NCBI GenBank assembly: GCA_965242925.1
Contig: CBDEUM010000039.1
Coordinates: 64,001 to 128,000 of the forward strand
Source: Roseibacillus sp.
GTDB lineage: Bacteria; Verrucomicrobiota; Verrucomicrobiia; Verrucomicrobiales; Akkermansiaceae
Reading direction: 5' to 3'
Length of the DNA stretch: 64,000 nucleotides
In this document: one piece after another, positions 27,497-35,800 of the stretch
Layout: each line of letters starts with the position of its first letter
Position numbering within the stretch: position 1 is the first letter of the stretch
Notes under the pieces: generated by a model
Seen by the model: the letters and a program-made list of their open reading frames with translations, nothing else
Told to the model about the DNA's origin: nothing
Databases searched by the model: none
Position numbers and translations under genes: made by a program

Positions 27497-30268
27497 ATGT
27501 TCTTCGAAACTCCAGAGTGGTTCTTCCTCCCCGGGGCCTTCCTTTTCGCGGGGTGGTTCTGGCCCCACCTCCAGCTCTGGCGACCACTGCGGGCCATCGC
27601 CCTTCTAACCCTGGCACTCCTCCTCGCCGACCCCAGGCTTGAAAAGGCGGAAGACAGCCTTGACCTCTGGATTCTCCTCGACCGTTCCGAGTCGACTGAG
27701 GACCTTATCGATACCGGCCTTCCGGAATGGCGTGAACTTCTGCTCCGGTCAAAACCCACCCGCAGGGACCAGCTCCTGTTCGTGGACTATGCCGCCGAGG
27801 TCCTGGAACAGGGCAGGGGTGACTCCGCCGTTTTCACCGGCAACCGCAAACTCACCCGCACCAACCTTGCGATCCAGAACGTCCTCGCCCTTGCCAATAC
27901 CGAGCGACCCACCCGGGTCCTTGCCTTCACCGACGGCTACGCCACCGAGCCTCTGGTGGAGGCCGCCACCAAGCTGAAAGCCCGCGGCATTCCCCTCGAC
28001 TTCCGGCTTGTGCGTGAGGAAACCACCAACGATTTCAGTATCGCGCGAATCCATACTCCCGTGCGGGCGCAGCTGAACGAACCCTTCGTCCTCGGCATCA
28101 CCGTGCGGGGCTTTGAGGATATCGACGTTCCCCTGCACATTCTGCGTGACGGCCACCCCATCGCGGAAAACATCAGGGTTTCTCTCAAGAACGGCACCGG
28201 CAAGATCGAGTTCACTGATCGCATCCCCGCCGTCGGATCCTACAGGTACAGCGCCCGCATTGCGCCACCTGACGATGCTCATCCGGGCAACAACACCGCA
28301 GAACGCTGGATCGAGGTGACAGGTGGCCCGCGCATCCTCCTGGTCACCAAATACTCCGACGATCCGGTTGCACGGATCCTCCGTCAGCAGGGGTTCACCG
28401 TAGAGGTCGTCACCAACTCCCTGGGACTGCAGGTTGGACAACTCTCCGGAACGCGCGCAGTCATCATCAACAATGTTCCCGCCTTCGAGATGCCGGGAGA
28501 CTTCCTGGCCGCGCTGAACTTCTTCGTCCACGAACAGGGCGGCGGTTTCCTGATGGCCGGCGGCAAACAGTCCTTTGGCTCGGGCGGTTATTTTGAATCG
28601 GCGGTCGATCCCCTTCTTCCCGTTTCCATGGAACTCAAGACCGAACACCGGAAACTGGCTGTGGCGATGGCCATCGTAATGGATCGCTCCGGATCGATGG
28701 GGATGACTGTGGCCCAGGGCGGAAAGCAGGTCACCAAGATGCAACTCGCCAACACCGGTGCCGCGAAGGCGATCGAACTGCTTGGAGCCCAGGACAAGAT
28801 CGCCATTTACGCGGTGGACAGCGAACCGCATACCGTCATCAGGCTCAGCGACGTAGGTAATAAGAAGAAGCAGTGGATGACCGCGGCCCGCAAGGTGCGC
28901 TCGCGGGGAGGCGGGATCTTCGTCTACCGCGGTCTCAAGGCCGCCTGGGACGACCTCAGGAAAACTGACTTGGGAACGCGCCACATCATCCTCTTTTCCG
29001 ATGCGGCGGACTCGGAACAACCAGGCGACTACAAGCAGCTCCTCAATGAGATCACCAGCAACAGCGGCACGGTCTCCGTCATCGGGCTCGGGACGCGCTC
29101 CGATCCGGATGCGGACCTCCTTGAGGACATCGCGAGGCTCGGCAACGGAAGGGTCTTCTTCACCAACAAGCCCCTGGAGATTCCCAAGCTCTTTGCCCAG
29201 GAAACCGTCACCGTGGCGCGTTCGGCCTTCATCAAGGATCCGGTCGCCACCCGTAGTACCGGGCACTGGTCCGAGATCTCTCCAAGGCCGTTCGAATTCC
29301 TGTCCGAAGTAGATGGCTATAACCTCTCCTATCCCAGGGAATTTGCCACCACCTCGCTGGTTGCACAGGACGACTACCTCGGGCCTCTCATCACCCACTG
29401 GAACCGTGGGATCGGCCGCTGCATGGCGGTTTCCTTCCCGCTGGGCGGGGAGCACTCGGAAAAGGCCCGGGCATGGGAGAGCTACGGTGACTTTGTCCAG
29501 ACCATTACCCGGTGGCTCATGGGATCTGAAATGCCCCCCGGACTCGGCCTTCGGCATCGCCTGGAGGGAACGCGCCTCACCATCGATCTTTTCCACGAAA
29601 CCGACGAATGGGCCCGGCGCTTTGCCCAGACCCCTCCACGCATCAAGCTCCTTGAGGGCGAAGGAGGCGGCACGCCCTATGAGATCGCCTGGAAGCGCGT
29701 CGCACCTGGTCACTTCTCGGTCACCCGCGAAATGGGAGAAGGCCAGATTATCCGCGGAGCGGTGCAGGCAGGATCGCATGCCCTCGCCTTCGGTCCGGTG
29801 GTGGTGGGAAGTTCCGCGGAGTGGTCCTTCGACCCCGAGCGCCTGGCAGAACTCCGCGAAGTCTCCCGCCTGAGCGGTGGCCGCGAACTGCTTGATCTCT
29901 CCCAAGCCTGGATCCGTCCTCCTGCCATCCACGCCACCAACCTGCGCATCCCGCTCCTCCTCCTCGCTCTCTTCGTCATACTGTTTGACGCACTCGTGAC
30001 ACGCATGGGATGGCGCCTTCCCATCCTGGTCCCCGCCGGTGCCAAATTACGAACGGAGCGTCGCCGGGCAAAGGCCAGGGGCCGCAGAATGAAGAAGGGC
30101 GAAGCTCCTCCTTCTCCCGACCTCGAACCAGGGAAGGAAAGGCCCCGGGGGGACGACGAACCGGACCTGCCCACCCAATCGACGCCCTCCCCCAGGCCCG
30201 TCACCACTACCAGCGAAGATCCAGACCGTCGCAGTTCACGATTCGACCGGGCCAAACGACGAAAGTGA
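27497..30268 (+). CDS. vWA-domain membrane protein with glutamine-amidotransferase-like segment
   Basis: Two MIDAS motifs (LLDRSES; VMDRSGSM), FVHEQGGGFLMAGGKQSFGSGGY, N- and C-terminal TMs. Confidence 0.88.
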   Translation: MFFETPEWFFLPGAFLFAGWFWPHLQLWRPLRAIALLTLALLLADPRLEKAEDSLDLWILLDRSESTEDLIDTGLPEWRELLLRSKPTRRDQLLFVDYAAEVLEQGRGDSAVFTGNRKLTRTNLAIQNVLALANTERPTRVLAFTDGYATEPLVEAATKLKARGIPLDFRLVREETTNDFSIARIHTPVRAQLNEPFVLGITVRGFEDIDVPLHILRDGHPIAENIRVSLKNGTGKIEFTDRIPAVGSYRYSARIAPPDDAHPGNNTAERWIEVTGGPRILLVTKYSDDPVARILRQQGFTVEVVTNSLGLQVGQLSGTRAVIINNVPAFEMPGDFLAALNFFVHEQGGGFLMAGGKQSFGSGGYFESAVDPLLPVSMELKTEHRKLAVAMAIVMDRSGSMGMTVAQGGKQVTKMQLANTGAAKAIELLGAQDKIAIYAVDSEPHTVIRLSDVGNKKKQWMTAARKVRSRGGGIFVYRGLKAAWDDLRKTDLGTRHIILFSDAADSEQPGDYKQLLNEITSNSGTVSVIGLGTRSDPDADLLEDIARLGNGRVFFTNKPLEIPKLFAQETVTVARSAFIKDPVATRSTGHWSEISPRPFEFLSEVDGYNLSYPREFATTSLVAQDDYLGPLITHWNRGIGRCMAVSFPLGGEHSEKARAWESYGDFVQTITRWLMGSEMPPGLGLRHRLEGTRLTIDLFHETDEWARRFAQTPPRIKLLEGEGGGTPYEIAWKRVAPGHFSVTREMGEGQIIRGAVQAGSHALAFGPVVVGSSAEWSFDPERLAELREVSRLSGGRELLDLSQAWIRPPAIHATNLRIPLLLLALFVILFDALVTRMGWRLPILVPAGAKLRTERRRAKARGRRMKKGEAPPSPDLEPGKERPRGDDEPDLPTQSTPSPRPVTTTSEDPDRRSSRFDRAKRRK

Positions 30269-30301
30269 ATAATCGCGTCCGCGGCAGGCTTCAGCTCCGC
30301 G

Positions 30302-31162
30302 TCAAAGGCCCGACGACTTCAAGCTTTCGCCCACTTCCAGGCTCTGATCCATGGCAAGGGCAGGACTCTCTTCCTTGCTGGAACCCACGATCTCGGCGGG
30401 CACTCCGGCCACCGTCGTGTGGGGGGGGACGTCATCAAGAACCACGCTGCCGGCTCCAATCTTGGCTCCCTGGCCAATCTCAACGCGCCCGAGGATCTTG
30501 GCTCCCGCTCCGATCAGGACTCCAGAGCGTACAATTGGATGGCGGGCTCCACTTTCGTTGCCAGTGCCTCCCAGGGTAACCTCGTGCAGGATCGAAACGT
30601 TGTCCTCGATAATGGCCGTCTCCCCCACCACGAAACTGGTGGCATGATCGAGCAGGATCCCGCAACCAATCCGGGATGCCGGGTGGATGTCCACGCCAAA
30701 GACCTCGCTGGCCAGACTCTGGAAGTAGAGCGCCATCGGGCGGCGCCCGTTATTCCAGAGATGGTGCGACACCCGGTAAGTCATGATGGCGAGAAATCCC
30801 TTGTAGTAGAGCAGAGGCTCAAGCGCCGAAGTGCAGGCCGGATCCCGCTCGAGGATCGCATCCAGGTCGGCAACAGCACTGTTCACCAGTGCCGGATGGT
30901 CGCGCAGCAATCCGCCGAGCAGGGGCACCAGTTCCTCACAGGGCATGTCCTGACGCGCCAGCTTGCGCGCCAGGCGCACCCCAAGGGCCGAACCCAGGCA
31001 GGGTTGACTCTGGATCACTTCCGCAAGAAGAGAACTGAGGGCGGGCTCTGCCGCCGCGATTTCACCGGCCTGGCTACGCAGACCCTCCCAGAGGCGACCA
31101 ATGCGCTCCCTGGATTGTTCGCAAAGATCTGCAGATTGCGAACTGGTGCCGGTATCAGACAT
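30302..31162 (-). CDS. cysE: Serine O-acetyltransferase
   Basis: ERDPAC, LYYKGF, GVDIHPA, LDHAT, VTLGGTG, RHP, hexapeptide repeats, VAGVPA. Confidence 0.96.
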   Translation of the reverse strand: MSDTGTSSQSADLCEQSRERIGRLWEGLRSQAGEIAAAEPALSSLLAEVIQSQPCLGSALGVRLARKLARQDMPCEELVPLLGGLLRDHPALVNSAVADLDAILERDPACTSALEPLLYYKGFLAIMTYRVSHHLWNNGRRPMALYFQSLASEVFGVDIHPASRIGCGILLDHATSFVVGETAIIEDNVSILHEVTLGGTGNESGARHPIVRSGVLIGAGAKILGRVEIGQGAKIGAGSVVLDDVPPHTTVAGVPAEIVGSSKEESPALAMDQSLEVGESLKSSGL

Positions 31163-31179
31163 GTGCTTTTATACTATGG
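31163..31179. promoter_or_regulatory. Candidate overlapping divergent -10 elements (bidirectional promoter)
   Basis: Only 17 bp separate the divergent starts; TATACT (+, 31170-31175) overlaps TAGTAT (-, 31176-31171). Confidence 0.5.
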
Positions 31180-31593
31180 GTGAGGGTTTCCCAGAAACTG
31201 GAGTATGCCTGCCGGGCGGCGGTCTGCCTTGCCAGGCATTATGATGGTAGCACGGTGGTAAAGCTCGAAGACATTGCCCAGCGGGAAGAAATCTCCTCCA
31301 GCTTTCTCGTCCAGATCCTGAACGAACTCAAGCGATCTGACATCGTGACCAGTAAACGGGGCAAGGCTGGCGGATATATCCTCACCCGACCCCCCACCAA
31401 GATCTCCCTCCGCGAAGTGATCCAGGCGGTGGAACCCGGACTCCTGACCACTCCGGAAAACAGCTCGGGAGCCTCCGGCCCCGCCCTTAGCAACGTCTGG
31501 CACGACCTCTCGAACACCGTCTCCGAACGCCTCGGAGCCATCACCCTCGAGGTGATGGCATCTGAAGCGGGCGCCCCCATGTATTTCATCTGA
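31180..31593 (+). CDS. Rrf2-family transcriptional regulator, CymR-like
   Basis: EDIAQREEISSSFLVQILNELKRSDIVTSKRGKAGGYIL; lacks the IscR Fe-S Cys triad; C-terminal PMYFI; embedded among cys genes. Confidence 0.9.
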   Translation: MRVSQKLEYACRAAVCLARHYDGSTVVKLEDIAQREEISSSFLVQILNELKRSDIVTSKRGKAGGYILTRPPTKISLREVIQAVEPGLLTTPENSSGASGPALSNVWHDLSNTVSERLGAITLEVMASEAGAPMYFI

Positions 31594-31597
31594 CGCC

Positions 31598-32560
<963 letters not shown>

Positions 32561-32625
32561 TGATCTAGTTTTGATGTCTTATAGCAAGACGACCTCTACC
32601 TGCTGGCAGCAGGGTCATCAATGAA

Positions 32626-33363
32626 TTATATCTGAAAATCCTGCTGTCTCGAATCGAGATGCAGTCCGCACTCATACTTCTCTCCGTTGAAACGCGTCGA
32701 CTCCTTTGACCCCTTGCTCCCGGGCCTGGTCGAATGCCAGTCCCCCATGGTGACATAGCCTGCCTCCACAAGAGGATGGCGGGGCAGCCCATGGTCCCGG
32801 ATGAAGCATTCCACTTTCTCGTCATCCCAATCGATAATGGGGTAACCCTTCAACGTCCTTGATTGTTTTTCAGCGAATCCGCGTTGAGAACGCGCACTCG
32901 ATTGCGAATGGCGCAAGCCGCTGATCCAGACATCCGCTCCCAATTCCTGGAGGGCGCGGTTCATGGGTTCGATCTTGTGGACCCGGGCGTAGTCCGTCAT
33001 CTCTTCCGGTCCCCCTTCCCATTGTTTACCATAGAGCGCCTCCTGCCGCGCAGCCGTCACGGCGGGGGAATAAATCTGAACTTTAAATCCCAGTTCCTCC
33101 TGCAGGTGGGCTGCATAGCGATAGGTTTCCGGAAAAAGATATCCGGTATCGATGAAGACAATCGGGATCCCTGGAGCACGGTCCTTGAGCAACTTCAGCA
33201 TCACTGCAGCCTGCAGACCGAAACTGGTGGTCGCCAGGATGCGGCCTGAGAATTGCTCCGCCAGAAACTCAATACGCTCTCCTGCCTCCAGCGACTGGAG
33301 TCGAGCATTAAGAGAGCCCACATCCTCCCTCGGATCCTGTTTCAAGTTCGTGTCCGTTTTCAT
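32626..33363 (-). CDS. cysH: Phosphoadenylyl-sulfate (PAPS) reductase
   Basis: TTSFG, FIDTGYLFPETY, KIEPMNRAL, ECGLH; lacks the CC...CxxC Fe-S ligands of APS reductases. Confidence 0.93.
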   Translation of the reverse strand: MKTDTNLKQDPREDVGSLNARLQSLEAGERIEFLAEQFSGRILATTSFGLQAAVMLKLLKDRAPGIPIVFIDTGYLFPETYRYAAHLQEELGFKVQIYSPAVTAARQEALYGKQWEGGPEEMTDYARVHKIEPMNRALQELGADVWISGLRHSQSSARSQRGFAEKQSRTLKGYPIIDWDDEKVECFIRDHGLPRHPLVEAGYVTMGDWHSTRPGSKGSKESTRFNGEKYECGLHLDSRQQDFQI

Positions 33364-33382
33364 CGTTCCGTCAGGGGATCAA

Positions 33383-35098
33383 TCATTCCGGGAGAACGAC
33401 GTCGCGATGAAAATCTAGCCCGTTGCTGGTGGACTTCACGTAGCACCGGCGGATGACGAAGTCGCCAAAGCGTTCGCCTTCCTCGCGATTCCCGGCATAG
33501 TCCTCGATCACCGGCTTGAGCAGGTCAAGAATCTCCTCACTTCTTACGCTGGCACGGTAGAGCTTGTTCAATCGTTGTCCAAAAAATCCACCGCCCAGGT
33601 AGACGTTGTACTTGCCGGGAGCCCGGCCCACGAAGGCGATCTCCGCGATGTAGGGCCGCGCACAGCCGTTCGGGCAACCGGTCATCCGGATCGTGATCGC
33701 ATCGTGACGCAGGCCACACTCCTCGATGACCTCTTCCAGTTCCGTGACAACGTCCGGCAGATGCCGTTCCGCTTCCGCCAACGCCAGTCCGCAGGTGGGC
33801 AGGGCCACACAGGCCAGCGAGTGAAGCCGCAGGGCGGTATGCCGCTCGTGCACGTCGAGCCTGTAATCCGCGATCAACCTCTCCACCTCGGAACGCTGCT
33901 CCTCGCTCACCCGGGCCACCACCAGGTTCTGGTTGCCGGTCAGGCGGAACTCCCCCTGCAGGATTTTCGCAATTTCCAGGAACCCGCTCCGCCACCGGCA
34001 GTCTTCATTGTCGCCAATCCGTCCCCCCGGCACATAGAAGGTGTAGTTGAAGGTGCCGTCCTGGTTCTCCGACCAGCCATAGCGATCGCCATTTTCAGTA
34101 AACTCGTAAGGACGCTCCTTCTCCAGTTCAAACCCCAGTCGCTCCTCCACCAGCCCGCGGAAGGCATCTACCCCGTGATCATCCAGGGTATACTTCAGGC
34201 GGGCATGCCTGCGGTCGATCCGATCCCCATGATCGCGCTGCACCAACATCACCTTCTCGGCCACCTCCACAACCTTGTCGGCGGGAACGAAACCTATCAC
34301 GTCCGCAACCCGCGGATAGGTCTTCTCCTTGCCGTGGCTCATTCCCATGCCCCCCCCCACCGCAACATTGAATCCCTCCAGACCATTTCCGCTGACAATC
34401 GCAATGAAGGAAAGATCGTTGGCGTAGACATCCACGTCGTTGTTGGGCGGTAGAGCCACCGCAATCTTGAACTTCCGGGGGAGATAATGCTTCCCGTAGA
34501 TCGGTTCCTCCTCATCCTTGCTCGACCTCACCTTTTCGCCATCGAGCCAGATCTCATGATAGGCCCCCGTGGATGGAGTCAGGTGGGTGCTGATAGCCCG
34601 GGCCGCCTCAAGCACTTCGGCGTGCAGGACAGAGGCATCGGGATTTGCGTTGCACATCACGTTGCGGTTCACATCCCCGCAGGCCGCGATGGTGTCCAGC
34701 GCAGTCTCGTTGATCTCCCTGACGGTGCGCTTCAGATTGCTCTTGATCACTCCATGCAGCTGAAAGGCTTGCCGGGTGGTCAATTTGATTGTGTCGTTGC
34801 CATACTCCGTAGCCAGCCGATCGATCTCCATCCACTGCTCCGGGGTGGAAACCCCACCCGGCACCCTGATGCGGATCATGAAAGAAAAGGCCTTCTCCAG
34901 TTTTTGTTTGCGCCGGGCGGATCGCAGATCCCGGTCGTCCTGCTGGTAGGATCCGTGGAACTTGATAAGTTGTTGATCGTCCGCCGAGAGGTCCCCGGTG
35001 GACGAATCCTGCAACCCTTCCGCGATGGTCCCGCGCAGATAGTTGCTGCGCTCCTTGATCCCCTCGTTGGCCGATGGTTTTCCGTCCTTCTTGCTCAT
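33383..35098 (-). CDS. cysI: Sulfite reductase hemoprotein subunit
   Basis: KFHGSYQQDDRD, TTRQAFQLHG, ACGDVNRN, YLPRKFK, siroheme/4Fe-4S ligands CVALPTC and TGCPNGCAR; ATG 35098 chosen. Confidence 0.94.
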   Translation of the reverse strand: MSKKDGKPSANEGIKERSNYLRGTIAEGLQDSSTGDLSADDQQLIKFHGSYQQDDRDLRSARRKQKLEKAFSFMIRIRVPGGVSTPEQWMEIDRLATEYGNDTIKLTTRQAFQLHGVIKSNLKRTVREINETALDTIAACGDVNRNVMCNANPDASVLHAEVLEAARAISTHLTPSTGAYHEIWLDGEKVRSSKDEEEPIYGKHYLPRKFKIAVALPPNNDVDVYANDLSFIAIVSGNGLEGFNVAVGGGMGMSHGKEKTYPRVADVIGFVPADKVVEVAEKVMLVQRDHGDRIDRRHARLKYTLDDHGVDAFRGLVEERLGFELEKERPYEFTENGDRYGWSENQDGTFNYTFYVPGGRIGDNEDCRWRSGFLEIAKILQGEFRLTGNQNLVVARVSEEQRSEVERLIADYRLDVHERHTALRLHSLACVALPTCGLALAEAERHLPDVVTELEEVIEECGLRHDAITIRMTGCPNGCARPYIAEIAFVGRAPGKYNVYLGGGFFGQRLNKLYRASVRSEEILDLLKPVIEDYAGNREEGERFGDFVIRRCYVKSTSNGLDFHRDVVLPE

Positions 35099-35200
35099 GC
35101 CTATTCTGAAATGGGGCCTTGGTAGACGTCCCGTTGCTCCCCCCAACCTATCTTGAGAGGGCTCCACGCTGCGCATCGTCGAAGGCGATGTGCCCGACGA

Positions 35201-35233
35201 TACTAATCATTAGTAACTTGATCAAGTAAGTTA
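35201..35233. promoter_or_regulatory. AT-rich palindromic operator candidates upstream of cysI
   Basis: Perfect TACTAAT-C-ATTAGTA (35201-35215) abutting perfect ACTTGATCAAGT (35216-35227), in an AT-rich patch about 100 bp upstream of cysI. Confidence 0.6.
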
Positions 35234-35339
35234 TGTTAATAAGTGTCGGGTATTTTAGCCCGAATGCAATCTGAAAGAGACTATTTCTTGCCTCTCTTCC
35301 GGGATGAAGTGGATCAGAATCCCACAAAATCTCGCTCTC

Positions 35340-35392
35340 ATCTCTCCGGAACTGGAACGGCCGTTCCCTCTCTTCGCTCCGGATGGGGAGGG
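35340..35392 (-). terminator. Hairpin downstream of the OsmC gene
   Basis: Perfect ggaacgg/ccgttcc palindrome (35354-35367) nested between two tccgga sites, just past the stop at 35393. Confidence 0.3.
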
Positions 35393-35800
35393 CTATTTCC
35401 AGCGCCAGGTCAGGAGCACTTCAATCTCAGGGTGGATACTGTGATGAACCGGACAGCTCAGAGCGGCAGCGTGAAGGGCCTCGCGTCCAGGGTGATCCTC
35501 GGGAATCGGCATATCGACTTCCACTTCCAGCTTGGAGATCCGGCGGGGGGAATCCTCAGACATGTGCTTGCGCACGCCAAGTTTCATGCCTTCGAGGGAA
35601 ATCTCCCTCTGCCGGGCCACAATCCCCATCACGGTGGCCATGCAGGTTCCGAGAGAAGTGGCCACCAGGTCGGTGGGAGAAAAGGTCTCTCCGCGTCCAT
35701 TGTTGTCCACTGGAGCGTCGGTGGCGAGAGAATCGCCAGAGGGACCATGAGTGGCTGAGCAACGGAGTTGGCCCTGGTAGTCGATGCTGATCTCTATCAT
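35393..35800 (-). CDS. OsmC/Ohr-family protein
   Basis: TDAPVDNNGRGETFSPTDLVATSLGTC ... CPVHHS (two conserved Cys); ATGA overlap with the kinase stop. Confidence 0.92.
   Translation of the reverse strand: MIEISIDYQGQLRCSATHGPSGDSLATDAPVDNNGRGETFSPTDLVATSLGTCMATVMGIVARQREISLEGMKLGVRKHMSEDSPRRISKLEVEVDMPIPEDHPGREALHAAALSCPVHHSIHPEIEVLLTWRWK

Noticed and set aside
31180..31593. iscR call
   Set aside because: No C-terminal Cys triad and no isc/suf genes; the context and MYFI tail favour a CymR-like regulator
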